A stretch of DNA of 63,961 bases, filler included, from Octopus bimaculoides (Eukaryota): the NCBI RefSeq assembly GCF_001194135.2. It is 7 parts of 7 records of this genome, joined end to end, with 100 filler letters (N's around TTAATTAATTAA, not from the genome) between each part and the next. Parts side by side here need not be neighbours in the genome. Positions count along the whole stretch, not along the records: positions 1 to 11,497 come from NC_068983.1; positions 11,598 to 27,180 come from NC_068993.1; 5 more parts are not named here. The stretch is one strand, 5' to 3'. The translations under genes were made by a program, and so were the position numbers. Below are positions 1-12,230 of this stretch, piece by piece (position 1 is the first letter of the stretch; each line of letters opens with the position of its first letter). The notes under the pieces are model-generated. The model saw only the letters and a list, made by a program, of their open reading frames with translations, was not told the DNA's origin and searched no databases.

Positions 1-47
1 TTTCCTATCTAAATCATTATTATTACTATTCTAAGTTCGAATTCATG

Positions 48-900
48 CTATGATCTTTTACAGTCACTATTCGCCCTAACCTTCTCTTTAAATTTCCTAT
101 TCTTTTTGAATTTCATAATGAATGTTGACTGAATTTTATGCGTGCATGCCGGGATTGCATCAGTAAACCTGTTTAGCATGGTATTATTATGGTTTTTCAG
201 TATTAAATATGCCTCTCTAATGCATAATCCACATCTGTTAGATCCAACTCCGAACGGATGGGCGTTAGCCAAGATGGACCATGATAGTTCGAATGTTGTG
301 TTTCTTTCCTTAAGGTCATGTATAAACGATGCCAATGCTGTAGATGCCCTATATTTTGAGTTATTAAATGAGCTCATATGGCTTCTATATTATTTGTCTA
401 TGCTATGGCTGAGCAAATATGTGAATACATGAAAGTGTTCAATGCAAGTTCATTGATTCTGTAGCTTAATGTCGGAGTTATATAAAGATGTCTGTCATCC
501 TGAACGACGATTTCATTCAGTCTCTTTGTCGGTCGTAAATATCTGTACTAAATTTAAAATGTGGTTAGTTCTAACTTGGTGTTTAAGAGGTGTAAATTCT
601 CGGTTTTTTCCCAATTAGGTTTCCAAGTGGAAACCTCCTCGGGTTTTTGTCGAGGAAGTAAGTTACCCCATATTCTAGAGTTTGTCCAAACTAGTATGTT
701 TTGAAACTGGCCACATCCGATGGCCTGCTCCGTATGTTCTACGATTCTTATGCATGTGCTGCTCAGGGGGATCATATTTTGGTAAACAATACAGTCTGAG
801 AATTCACTCTTCGGAGGAAAGCTGTGATTTCGTTACATCTTATTGACGTACTTCTTTGTAAATTATTTCAACAATTTTTCCATGATGGCTTTTAATATCA
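48..900 (-). pseudogene. Penelope-like retroelement (PLE) fragment, C-terminal GIY-YIG endonuclease
   Basis: Minus frame reads HMSSFNNSKYRASTALASFIHDLKERNTTFELSWSIL...CGLCIREAYLILKN...LNRFTDAIPACTH, the PLE endonuclease tail pattern (T.LA..I..L....W.IL...C.LC..E...LN.....C.H). It is homologous to the GIY-YIG at 53318-53620. The upstream part is frameshifted, so the left-to-right extent above 430 is approximate. Confidence 0.8.
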
Positions 901-1434
901 TTAGACATAATCTTCGTGCTGCTGTCGCTCCCCTTAAAAGAAAAAAAATCTTCAAAAAAATTCAATAGCCTGTAAGAATTTTACCACTTGGATAATTCTA
1001 CCAAGAATTCTACCACTTGCCTGTTATGGCTTATAGTTTTGTTGTACAGTGTCTTACATCATATAACATTTTCTCATTAATATTCCAGAGCGGTTTCTGG
1101 ATTCTGCTGTTGATTGGTAAAGTCATTCTTGGTATCGGCTACGAGATAGTATCTTGTGACAAAACACTGCAGTTCTTTAAAATGGTTTCGTAGGAAGACA
1201 ATCTATTTCACGTCTTTTCATATACGTTGGTTTATGTATGTAACAGTTTGGTGATTGCTTAGATTGTTTGCGCGCGTGTGTGAGTCTGTGTTCGTGTGTG
1301 TGCATGTGCGCGTGAGTGTGTGTGTGTATGTGTGCGCGTGCGTGCAATGAACATTTCATAGCTAACAGGTTTCGGGTTCGCCCGATGATCGACTCCTTCA
1401 GAACAGGAATATATTTCCTACTTTAGTATCTGGT

Positions 1435-1605
1435 TTACAAATGCTGGTGTGTATACATCCCTGTAACTTAGTGGTTCGGCGTAAGAACCCGTAGAATAAG
1501 TACTAGGCTTACAAAGAATAAGTCCTGGGGTCGATATGCTCGACTAAAGGCGGTGCTCCAGCATGGCCGCAGCCAAATGATTAAAACAAGTAAAAGAGTA
1601 AAAGA
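1435..1605 (+). mobile_element. SINE family B, 3' part
   Basis: Matches the 3' half of the full copy at 49238-49629 (aataagtcctggggtcgat...ggcggtgctccagcatggccgcag...aaacaagtaaaagagtaaaagag). Confidence 0.85.
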
Positions 1606-3069
1606 GTATATATATAAGAGATACAGAGAACAGGTTCAAATCAAGCAGACTGCCGTTGATACAAACATATACGGATTTAATTATGATAGAGCTGTCCAAT
1701 CTAAAATATATATTAATACATTCGGAATGTAATGACATAGAAATATAAACATATATGAATGCTAAAAATATGCAATGACTAATAAATGTATAGATATATA
1801 AACATAAAAGAGTATAGATAAAAATATAGATAAAAATAATGAAATATAGAAAGACATTGCATATTTTTAGCATTCGTATATTTTTATATTTCTATGTCTT
1901 TATATTGCGAATGTATTAATATATGTTTTAGATTGGACAACTCTATCATAATTAAATCCGTATATGTATGCACCAATCGTAGTCTGCCTGATTTGAACCT
2001 CTTCTCTGTATTTCTTATACTTGTCTAACGTCACCAACAGTAAACAACATAAAATACGAAAACAAATGAGTTCAATACGCAAAGAACAAGAGAAACAAGT
2101 GGGAAACAGGACAAGTAACATAAAGAACGACCCTTCATCAGTTGTCGGCTGACTATCTACTCTTCATTTCAAGCATTGAACGACAATACGAGTCTTCGAA
2201 GACAGTTGCTCCCATAAATACCAGAATAAAATTTTGGATTTCTGGAGGGTCAAAGTTGGGAACAAAAACAGGACAGTAGAGACATACAAGGAAACCGAAC
2301 GAAAACAAACATGGAGGGTCGTTAGACCAGAACGAGGGTAAAATAGTGAACGCTAAAGAAATATTTTCTTTGACAAGTGAAAAGATAGAAGAGAGAAAGA
2401 GTATACGGCCAGTCCTTACCACAATATGGGAAGAAAAGAAAGATGATTACGTGAAGAAAAGAAAGATGGATGATGGTCACATGTGAGCAACGAGAGAGAG
2501 AGAGAAGAGGAGAAAGAGGGGAGGGGTATAGAGACATAGAAAACGGTGAAGGGGAGAACAAAGGGAATTAGAGAAAGGATGAGAGAGAAAACGATGGGGG
2601 AGAATACAGTGTAGTGTAGAGTCGCATCAAAAGCACACACACACACACAAACACATGCACACTCCCCCATATATATATANNNNNNNNNNNNNNNNNNNNN
2701 NNNNNNNNNNNNNNNNNNNNNNNNNNNNNNNNNNNNNNNNNNNNNNNNNNNNNNNNNNNNNNNNNNNNNNNNNNNNNNNNNNNNNNNNNNNNNNNNNNNN
2801 NNNNNNNNNNNNNNNNNNNNNNNNNNNNNTATATATATATATATATATATGAGAAGTTTTGGTATCCAGTAGATCCAAAAGGAGGGTAAGGCTATGTAAG
2901 TGCTACGGAAGGACTGTTGTTAGGCACCCGTTTCGATAACAGTATGAGTGAGGAGTCTAACGCGGGTCGTGTGTGCGTGTGTGTGTTATAGCTTAAATAA
3001 AATGAGACAACAAAGCCAAGGCATTGTGAAATTTCTAGAGTATCTTATAAGAGAAGTCTATAAAGAGTA

Positions 3070-3117
3070 GTCTTACAGCTGTTTCATGGATATAAAAGAT
3101 AATCCATCATCAGAGAC
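3070..3117 (-). ncRNA. Minimal type-I hammerhead ribozyme
   Basis: Minus strand: gtct CTGATGA tggat-tatcttttat-atcca t GAAA cagctg TA agac. Complete core, helix I gtct/agac, helix II tggat/atcca, palindromic helix III ACAGCTGT. Confidence 0.8.
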
Positions 3118-3554
3118 AATATGAGAGAGTTTCAATAGATGGAAATAGTAGAGATCGATATAAGAAGTTGTTTTGGAAAGGGAAAGATATAAGTATAAAG
3201 GCAAATATGAGAATAAAAATAAAGATATCTCTTGGATATTACAGTTGTAGTTCTATTATCCAAGGAATGTGCTGTGTAGAATGGGTAAAAAAAATTCTTG
3301 TCCATGGCATGTAAGTTCCGATAGAAGTTCATATTTTATTATTCCAAATGGATATGAACTTACCATAGAGAAGAAACCTCTTTACCCATTCTACACACCA
3401 CTTCCCTGGGATAATGGAACTACAACTGTAACATCCAACATATATCTTTATTTTTATTCTCATATTTCTCTTTATACATCCTATATCTCTCCCTTTCCAA
3501 AATAACTTCTTATATTGAACTCAACTATTTCCTTCTAGTTAATTCTCTCATCTC

Positions 3555-3602
3555 GTCTCTGATGACGGGATATCTTTTATTTCCCTGAAACAGCTGTAAG
3601 AC
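3555..3602 (+). ncRNA. Minimal type-I hammerhead ribozyme
   Basis: gtct CTGATGA c ggga-tatcttttatt-tccc t GAAA cagctg TA agac. Complete core, palindromic helix III ACAGCTGT. Confidence 0.85.
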
Positions 3603-3674
3603 TACCTTTCTCTTTATAAAATGTCCTAGAAATTTCACACTGCCTTGGGCTTGTTGTCTCATTTTATTTAACCG

Positions 3675-3724
<50 letters not shown>

Positions 3725-3807
3725 ACACACATACATACATACACTTATGTATATGTATGTATTTATGTATGCATGTATGTATTTAGGTAGGTAGGTGTGT
3801 ATGAGTC

Positions 3808-3855
<48 letters not shown>

Positions 3856-3864
3856 TGTGTGCGT

Positions 3865-4255
3865 TTGTGTGTTTTGCATTTCGTCCGTCTTCACTTTCCG
3901 AGTTCAAATACCGACGAGGTCAACTTTGACTTTCATCATTCTGGGATCGATAAAATAAAGTACCAGTTGGGGACTGTGGCCGATTTCTTCGACCTACTCC
4001 TTGCACCTACATTGCTGAGCAAAAATTTGAAATCGAGATTATCAAGCGTTAAGGGTGCGAGCTGGCAGAGACGTTAGCAGACACCGGGCGAAAGTGTTTA
4101 GCGGGATTTCGTCCGTTTTTCCATCCCGATTTCAATTTCCGCCGAGGTTGACTTTGCCTTTCATCCTTTTGGTGTTGAGTACTGGCCTCGATGTAATGAA
4201 CTTTACCCCTGCCCCGAACTTTCTGGCCTTCTGCCAAAAATTGAGACCAATATTA
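3865..4255 (+). mobile_element. Two SINE family A copies (first is 5'-truncated)
   Basis: Diagnostic body gagttcaaat..cgaggtcgactttgcctttcatcc..gtcgataaa..aagtaccagt. It resembles the Nin/Ceph central domain of cephalopod SINEs as I recall it. Confidence 0.8.
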
Positions 4256-5369
4256 TCGATAGTTTTTGATGAATAGAAAATAAACGTTATTTACAATAAG
4301 CCAACCTAAATGTATTTCTTACATTTACAATGCCAACAAAAATTATATACAAAATTGTATATTTTATCGATATCAGTAATTACATTGATTCAATTTTCAT
4401 TGATTCAGAGCAGTTTTATGGTAAAGTTGCCATACGTAAAACTTTCGGATTCAAATATAGTTTATTTGAGTGCAGCGGATTATGGTATGACCTCAGAATA
4501 GGATATTTTATACAGTTATATATTATAGATATTTAATCGTTTTACCGTTGAAACTTGTGTATGTCTTCATACAATTTGTTGTATGTAAACTGGGTGTTTT
4601 ATATTATCATTTCTTTCATTTTGAGAAGATTGATTTCATAAACGCGTGTGTTCTAGTTTCCGGCATAGTGTCTTCTTTATCAAAAACGTCTTGATTTTAA
4701 GCATTTTGTTTTCTAAGCTTTTTGGTTTTTCTACAATTCTATCCTGAAGCATTTCGAAGTAATTTTGTCTTTTTCTTACATTAAATCTTTATTTCAGCTT
4801 GTGCAGTTATGAAGAGAAAATAAACTCCAGATCAGACGGGAAATATTGAAACTTCATTTTAACTCTAATTTTTCAAATTGTGAAAGTGAGTGGAAAAATC
4901 AATTCTAACGGATTGAAGGTCGTTTGTGTCGATATTTCTATTGTATCTGAAACAAATAACCGTAGCAGCAGATGAAAGCTAGAGATATGACAACACATAT
5001 ATTTCACTCGCATATTGACTTTTGTATTGAAGTAGTTCTCGAAATGTCAATATTTCAATCACACAACAACAATTTGTTTTATTTTACTTGAAAGACTTTG
5101 TTCCACTTGAAATGGTTTCATTTAATGTAGAGATGAAATGTAACAATAACATTTTGACATCTCTCTTTTCACAAACTCGATACGTTTTATTTTTTAAGGT
5201 TTCCCTAAAACTGGTGGATGGAGATAACAATTCAGTGCACCAATTATTTAGACTGTAAACGGATTCAACAAAACTTTAGGCAGAAGATTTTTATCAAAAA
5301 CACTAGAAGGGATTTATCACATAAATTATATTTGCTCATATTCAAGGATTTTGAACAGAAACAACAACA

Positions 5370-6060
5370 ACAACGGCAGTAATAATGATTTCAAATGTTT
5401 GCCTCAAGGGCAGCTTGTGGGAGGGGATTAATTCGATTACATCCACCTCAGTGCGTAACTGGCGCTTATTTAATCGACCCCGATAGGATGAAAGCAAAGT
5501 CGACCTGGGCGGAATTTGAACTTAAAGCGTTAAGACGAACGAAATAACGCTAAGCATTTCATTCGGCATGCTAACGATTCGGCTAGCTCGCCGCCTTAGC
5601 AACGACAGTAAATACAGCTTGAAATTTTGGAAGACAGTCAGCAGTTTTGAGGGGAGGGGCAAGTAGTTTATACTGACTTCAGAACATGACACGTAATTTA
5701 TTTTATCAATCTCGAAAAGCTAAAAAGCAAAGCCAAACCTGGTGGGATTTGAACAAAAATTCTAAAGAAATGCTGCTAAAGCCTTTTCGTCCGATGCACT
5801 AGCAATCATGCTACCTTGCCATCTTTATATTATAATAATCTTTTCTACTATAACCATAAGGTTTGAAATATTTTTTTTGGTGGGGGAGAGGGGAATTAGT
5901 CAATTACGTCGACCCCAATCCTTGAGTGACCCTTTATTTCATTTACTCTGAAAGGATGAAAGACAAAGTTGATCTTTTGATCTTGGCGGGATTTCAAATC
6001 AGAAAGTAAAGGTCTAGAAGAAATGCTGTAAAACGTTTTGCACAACGCCTCAATGACTCT
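5370..6060 (-). mobile_element. Train of three decayed SINE family A copies
   Basis: Three reverse-complement matches to the family A body (ggatgaaag..aaagtcgac..ggcggaatttgaac), separated by short trinucleotide tracts. Confidence 0.75.
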
Positions 6061-6064
6061 TCTT

Positions 6065-6124
<60 letters not shown>

Positions 6125-6154
6125 ATAATAATAATGATTTATATAATAATCTGC

Positions 6155-6567
6155 GTGTTCGTTGGCCCGTTATACTTTAGTTAGTTAGAGGTGTGTGAGA
6201 GGTGGAGGTGGAGTGTGTGAGAGGTGGAAGCGGAGTGAATGAGAAGTGGAGTAAAAATGTGTGATAGCGCAGAGGAGTGTGGGTAGAGAAGAAAGAAGTG
6301 AGGAAGGAGTAGACAGATGTATAACAAGGCCAAGTGCGTCACGTGGTTAGATGAAGGGTAAGACGAAGAGCGAGAGAAAAAGACGGTGAGAGAAAAGAGG
6401 GAGAGAGAAGTGTTAACGACCTGCTGTAGGGTGGGGAGGGGAAGATAAAGAGAAAGATATATGTTTAGGACGCAATATTTAGCAGAGGGTAATGTTCTAG
6501 TGGTGAGGTTAAATACAGACAGAGAGAAGTGGACAGGGGAGGAATTTAAATTGAGAGAGAGAGAGAG

Positions 6568-6652
<85 letters not shown>

Positions 6653-7166
6653 AGCAGATAGCATTTGTATTATCAAAGTAGTGTGGTGTTGTGGTGGTGG
6701 TGGTGAAAAGTATTTTTTTTCTTGAACTAAACCTATAATATTATTCTTCTGCCTGTTCGTTCACACTTTACGCTTTAGTTTCTGAGAGAGAAAAAGAAGG
6801 TACATGAGAGTGAATGAGAAGGCAGATAGCCAGTTGATGTATTATGCTGTCACTCATGTGGTTAGTGGACGTGAGAGGTGAAGAGAAAGTGATAAATGTT
6901 AAATACATGAAGAAGGGAATTACATGGTTAAAATGTTTGTTGAAGAAGTAGAGGTAGAAATACAAAGTGCTTTGCAGAGGGGAATTTTAAAATCGTATAA
7001 TATATTATTGTGACTGGAAGTGAAATAATTTAGCAAAATAGAAATAAAAATCGTCTTTTCTCTCTTAGATAGCTTCTCCTAATCTCTTTTTTGTTCTGTG
7101 TAATGTCCACGGGTCCCACTAGCAATGATGACGATGATGATGATAATAATAACAATAATAATAATG

Positions 7167-7226
<60 letters not shown>

Positions 7227-7608
7227 TAAATAATAATAATCTATATAATAATCCACTTGTTCGTTCAACCTTTATACTTTACTTAATTAGAGAGGTGGGG
7301 TGAGCGAGAATGGGGTTGGAGTGAGTGAAACGTGGAGTTGCAATGAGAGAGTGTGGAGAGGAATGTGAGCGGAGAAAAAAGAAGTGAAGTAGAAAACGAT
7401 GTATAATAAGGCCAAATGCGTCACGTAATTATTTAAAGGGAGAGGGGAAAGGTGAGAGAAAAGAGAGAGAGAGAGAAGTGTTGTAGGATGGGGAGGGTGA
7501 GATATGTTTAGGATACAGTATTTAGCAGAGGTGGATGTTCTAGTGGTGAGGTTAAAGAAAGGGAAATAGAGAGAGATAGGCAGTTACATCAAAAAAAGAA
7601 AGAGAGAA

Positions 7609-7659
<51 letters not shown>

Positions 7660-7791
7660 GGAGAGAGGGAGAGAGAGATGCATTGGCAACAGGTAGCGTT
7701 TGTATTGTCAGAGGAGAGATCGACAGGAAGGAAAAGGTATAAGCAAACAGCTGAACTGAAATGAAATGAGCTTTGTTCCTGAGAGCTATAG

Positions 7792-7838
<47 letters not shown>

Positions 7839-8014
7839 GTGGTGATAGAGGTGGTGGTGGTGGTGGTGGTGGTGGTGGTAGTGATGCTATGTTGATAGTG
7901 AATTTTAAATATTTTTTCTATTGAACTAAATCTATAATATTCTTCTTCTACCTGTTTGTTCACACTTTGCGCTTTAGTTTGTTACAGAGTAGGAAGAGGA
8001 GGAGGAGGAAGTTC

Positions 8015-8059
<45 letters not shown>

Positions 8060-8195
8060 AAGAGGGGATGTGAGAAAGCAGATAGCCAGCCGATGCATTA
8101 TGCTGTCAGTCATGTGGTTAGTGGAAGTGAGAGGTGAAGGGAAAAGAGAGAAATATTAAAGACATGAAGAGGGGAATTACATGGTTAAAAAGTTA
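6155..8195. repeat. Diverged direct duplication (about 6155-6935 and 7258-8195)
   Basis: Collinear shared blocks: gatgtataa(c/t)aaggccaa(g/a)tgcgtcacgt; atatgtttagga...tatttagcagagg...gttctagtggtgaggttaaa; ttgaactaaa..tataatatt; gcagatagccag...gggaattacatggttaaaa. Each copy is preceded by (TAA)n. Confidence 0.85.
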
Positions 8196-8512
8196 AAAAG
8201 CGTGTTGGAGAGTGAAGTATATACGGAGAGTTCGAAAAAGAAAACAGTGAAGTTTTATTTGCTTACAATTCATCCGGCTCTGAGTGTTTTATGAAACTTT
8301 TGAAACACTCGTCTTCGTAAGCGACAAAAGGGACAGTAAGGGACAAAAAGGAGGGTAAGGGACAATAAATGCAGCATCTGTACAGTAGTTTTAGTTTTTG
8401 TCCCCTATTTATGATAGACACACTTTAATTTATACTTATTCAGTCAGATACAAATATACACCATTAATAGCCAGCACGACTCCATATACTCAAACAGAAG
8501 AACAGTCTACAT

Positions 8513-8606
8513 ACATTATTTACATTATTTACATTATTTAAATTATTTACATTTGACGGATATTTGTCCTCATCCTGTTTCGGCTGATGTACCCTCCAGC
8601 CTACAT
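8513..8606 (-). mobile_element. Tail remnant of the HHR-bearing family seen at 17485-18080
   Basis: Minus strand aggctggagggtacatcagccGAAAcaggatgaggacaaatatccgtcaaatg followed by (TGTAAATAA)n. Helix II and GAAAC are retained, the CUGAUGA strand is lost. Confidence 0.7.
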
Positions 8607-8607
8607 C

Positions 8608-8671
8608 TTTACCCTTGGTGTCGGGAAGACACTCGGCAAGAAATGATAACAGAATTGATAGAAAAGGATCA

Positions 8672-8672
<1 letters not shown>
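8608..8672 (+). mobile_element. Short 3' end of the R4/Dong-type LINE
   Basis: ggtgtcgggaagacactcg..aagaaatg also occurs at the 3' end of the longer copy (about 9713-9741). Followed by (TAC)n(TAG)n(TAA)n. Confidence 0.65.
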
Positions 8673-8730
<58 letters not shown>

Positions 8731-8742
8731 GTAGTAGTAGTA

Positions 8743-8780
<38 letters not shown>

Positions 8781-8784
8781 CACT

Positions 8785-9770
8785 CTGATATCTTCAAAGT
8801 TTCTCGTGTAAGTTTGAACTTCCTGATGCATAATATGTCATTATGGTATGCGAATCTCTGCGTAGCAAATATGTGGCCCGTGACAGACAAACTGATGTTG
8901 ACAAGAAGCACACACATCAGTGACAAGAAGCTCAGGGCTAAAGGTAGAGAGTGAAGACTTTATCTTAGGTGCTCAAAATCAAAGCTTATCGACCCGGAAC
9001 TATCAAGCCAACCTGATAAAACATGGAGTAGGTCAAAATTTCCGAATCTGCCATGATGAGATTGAAAGAGTTGACCACCTAATCTCTGGATGTGATAAAG
9101 TACCAATGGAATATAAATCAAGAGATGGCGGATTGACCAATATCTAGACTGGTTTTAATATGTTGGCATAATAAAATAAAAACTGTTAACAAGTGGGATA
9201 AGGACCACCCAGCGTCTGTAATTGAGGGAGAAAACTGAAGCGATTCTTTGGGATTTTCCAGTAAATACAGACAAAAGTACCACATCTTAATAAACTGGAT
9301 ATTGTTGTGAAAGACCAAAGCAATAGAGTCTTTTTATTAATCAACATATGTATCCGATTTGATCACAGTTTTTCAGCAAAAGAATTCGATAAGCTCAGAA
9401 AATAAAAAGATTTTCTCATTGAAATCTACAAAAATGTGGCATCTCATGGGTTTTAATTGTGATTGTAAGAACACTAAAAATGATCAAAAAAGGAACTGGA
9501 AATTATCTGAGAATGATCCCTGGCGTACAATTCCTGCAAGAAGTGCAAACCAATATTTTAACTGGTACGTCATTGATATTAAGTGAGAACAATTACCACT
9601 CATGTAAATATTTCTTTTTTATATATCCAACCTTATTTCCTTTTGTAAATAACAACCTGATTTGTTTGTTTTAATGGCTTATCAGTGTATAATAGTGAGT
9701 TTCATTGTCCTAGGTGTCGGGAAGACACTCGAGAAGAAATGGAAACAAAATTGAAGTAAAACTCAAAATA
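8785..9770 (+). pseudogene. 5'-truncated non-LTR retrotransposon with restriction-like endonuclease (R4/Dong-like)
   Basis: Frameshifted translation GLKVESEDFILGAQNQSLSTRNY...RICHDEIERVDHLISGC (CCHC knuckle)...ILWDFPVNTDK...NKLDIVVKD (decayed PD-(D/E)xK)...KEFDKL...LQEVQTNILTGT. Flanked by TAA/TGA tracts, the known target type of R4/Dong elements. Confidence 0.8.
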
Positions 9771-11497
9771 AGGACGATGATAATGATTATGATTATGATG
9801 ATGATGTTGATGATATGTAGCAACTTTCTGTAGTTTATCTCTGATCATTACTTGTTTTTGCGTTGTTATTATTGTCATGTTAATGCCCCTGACATTTACC
9901 ATTGGATTAAAAATATTCAATAATAGACGTAGCCACCATAAAACGAGATTGTTATCATAAAAAAATGCAGTTTGGTATTTGGTCTTGAAACAAAATTTCA
10001 TCGGCAAAACTTGACTCTAATAGTATCGATTGTTAAGTGGAGTCTACAGAAAATTAAGTCAAAACGATACAAATGATATTTTTCTTTTATCATAAGACCG
10101 TGGTCAAATATTTTCCCATTAACTGGATGTAATGTCAGTAAGCATATCCATAAAAAAACTAGCAGTTATTTAATGCCGGAACTCGGTTCTTACCAAAAGT
10201 GATTAGCTGCAGGAATGTCACTAAAATCTTAACGTTACGTCTGTATTAATGTCTGTATTACTTCACTGTTTCTGTGTTGAATAGAAGATATTCTCCAATG
10301 TTTCAATACACGTAACTCTAAATTGTTGTAACACAGTACTTCTACTCGTCATTGACAACACCGGGAGCGTTGTTAAACTAACCAGTGTCTCATTAACTTA
10401 CGGGTCTGCATTCGAATTCATGTTTTAGTATTAGTGTGTAGATGTATGTATTAAACACCAGACTGACTCTCTCTTCTTAATAATAAACGTTTACACATAT
10501 TCTTATGATCCAGCAGCATAAGGTACTACCTGTTACCACCTCTTTACGCTTCAAATTGGTATGTACCATAAAAAGAGGCGAGTGATATCTGACAAATGGT
10601 TATAACTGGCGTATGTGGATCAGAGACTCGAAGGCATAGGGCTTTAGGAAAAAGGATATCCAATATGCTGGAATGTTGTCTCAGTTAAGTACACACTTTT
10701 CCGAAGCATCCAGTCTCTTTTGTTTGATCTCATAAAAGCTGAACTCTTTATCACATAATATTTCTCCTCTCCTTCAAAACGCATAAAAACCTTCGGAACA
10801 TTTCGGTTAATATCGCCCTATTTCGCAACCACACCCAAATACGTGTCTCCATATGCTCTCACTACATATTCTCCGACTGTCCATCGATCGATAAAAGCCG
10901 CAACAATCAGCGATCACAGCAAACAGAAATACCGTCAGGCCGAAGGCAAATGTTTATCTCCAGCAATGAATGAGATTTATGGACAAAAGCTTAGACATCC
11001 ACACCCCAGCAGCATATGAACAGCGCATGGATGTAGAAAAGAGGAAACTTAACCAATAAATACAATCATTACTGACAGGGATTGCCGCTAGTCTCCCCGG
11101 ATTCGGGTTTTCAGAATCATGTCACGCACACGAGCACAAATACACGTTCAGGCGTTTATGTATATATGTATGTGTATATGCGCATATATGCTTATATTTA
11201 TGTATGTATGCATCTATGTAAGTATGCGTGTATTTAGAATGTGTATAAATGTAAAGCAGAGCTGGTATGGTGTATGTTCAGTGAAACAAACAACAAGCGC
11301 ATAACATTTCAATAAGGGCCCAGCGAAACATTTGACATTTCTCATTCCGCCATTTCTCTTCTAATGTTAAACCAACAAACCGCAAGCTTTGATTGTACTA
11401 ACACTCGCCGAAGCGTAAAGGAAACAGTCTCCTTGAAATCTAGAGTGTGTATGTGTATTATGTGTTTGTGTGTATATGTATATATATATATATATAT

Positions 11498-11597
11498 NNN
11501 NNNNNNNNNNNNNNNNNNNNNNNNNNNNNNNNNNNNNNNNNTTAATTAATTAANNNNNNNNNNNNNNNNNNNNNNNNNNNNNNNNNNNNNNNNNNNN
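11498..11597. other. Artificial 100-bp scaffold spacer (44N-TTAATTAATTAA-44N)
   Basis: The same linker recurs at 27225, 41582, 52048, 55546 and 62674, always inside N runs. It is palindromic and has stops in all six frames. Confidence 0.95.
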
Positions 11598-11649
11598 ACC
11601 ACCACCACCACCACCACCACCACCACCACTACCGAAAAAAATAAAAAAA

Positions 11650-11775
11650 GAGAGATGAAAGGCCAAGTCGACCTCGGCAGAATTTAAACTTGGAACGTTT
11701 AAAGAGTCGGAAGAAATGCTGCTAAGCCTTATCGTCTGGTGCAGCTAACGCTTCTGCCGGCTTCGCCGCCTTGAG
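11650..11775 (-). mobile_element. SINE family A, 5' part
   Basis: Reverse complement of the family A head/body. Confidence 0.75.
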
Positions 11776-11829
11776 TAATAATGGTAATTAGGTTGTACAG
11801 GTGTTGGTAACGGTGCTTGGAAGTAATGT

Positions 11830-11946
11830 TGTTGTAGTAGTAGTAGTAGTAGTAGTAATAGTAGCTGCAGCAGTAACAGCAATATTCACAGTGGTATACC
11901 TGGCACTGATAATATTGTAGTAGTAGTGGTAGTAGTAGTAGTAGTG

Positions 11947-12001
<55 letters not shown>

Positions 12002-12121
12002 CAGCTGCAGCAGCAGTAGCGATATTCACAGTGGTATATCTGGCACAGATGATATTGTAGTAGTACTAGTAGTAGAAGTAGTAGTCTTGGTCATAGTGGT
12101 ATATCTGGCATTGGTGGTACT

Positions 12122-12169
<48 letters not shown>

Positions 12170-12198
12170 TTGAGATTACTAGTAACGGCAGCAGCAGC

Positions 12199-12230
<32 letters not shown>

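Larger units (their letters stand above)
2993..3671. mobile_element. Foldback pair of PLE-type terminal repeats (arms about 2993-3289 and 3381-3671)
   Basis: The arms are diverged reverse complements over about 295 bp (ttaaataaaatgagacaac...gtagtcttacagctgtttca...gaatgggtaaa). Each arm carries an HHR. The same ribozyme context (gtcttacagctgtttca) recurs at 53049-54672 next to GIY-YIG coding sequence. Confidence 0.8.

Noticed and set aside
805-830. CTC-TTCG-GAG-GAAAGCT hairpin
   Set aside because: No CUGANGA in register, and G at the cleavage position.
1365-1408. HHR-like CTGAAGG...CCCGAAAC on the minus strand
   Set aside because: A9 is missing, helix II is out of register and helix I has at most 3 weak pairs.
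2100-2140. CTGATGA plus a possible helix II on the minus strand
   Set aside because: GAAA is replaced by GTTT; at most a remnant within a purine-skewed repeat at about 1960-2400.
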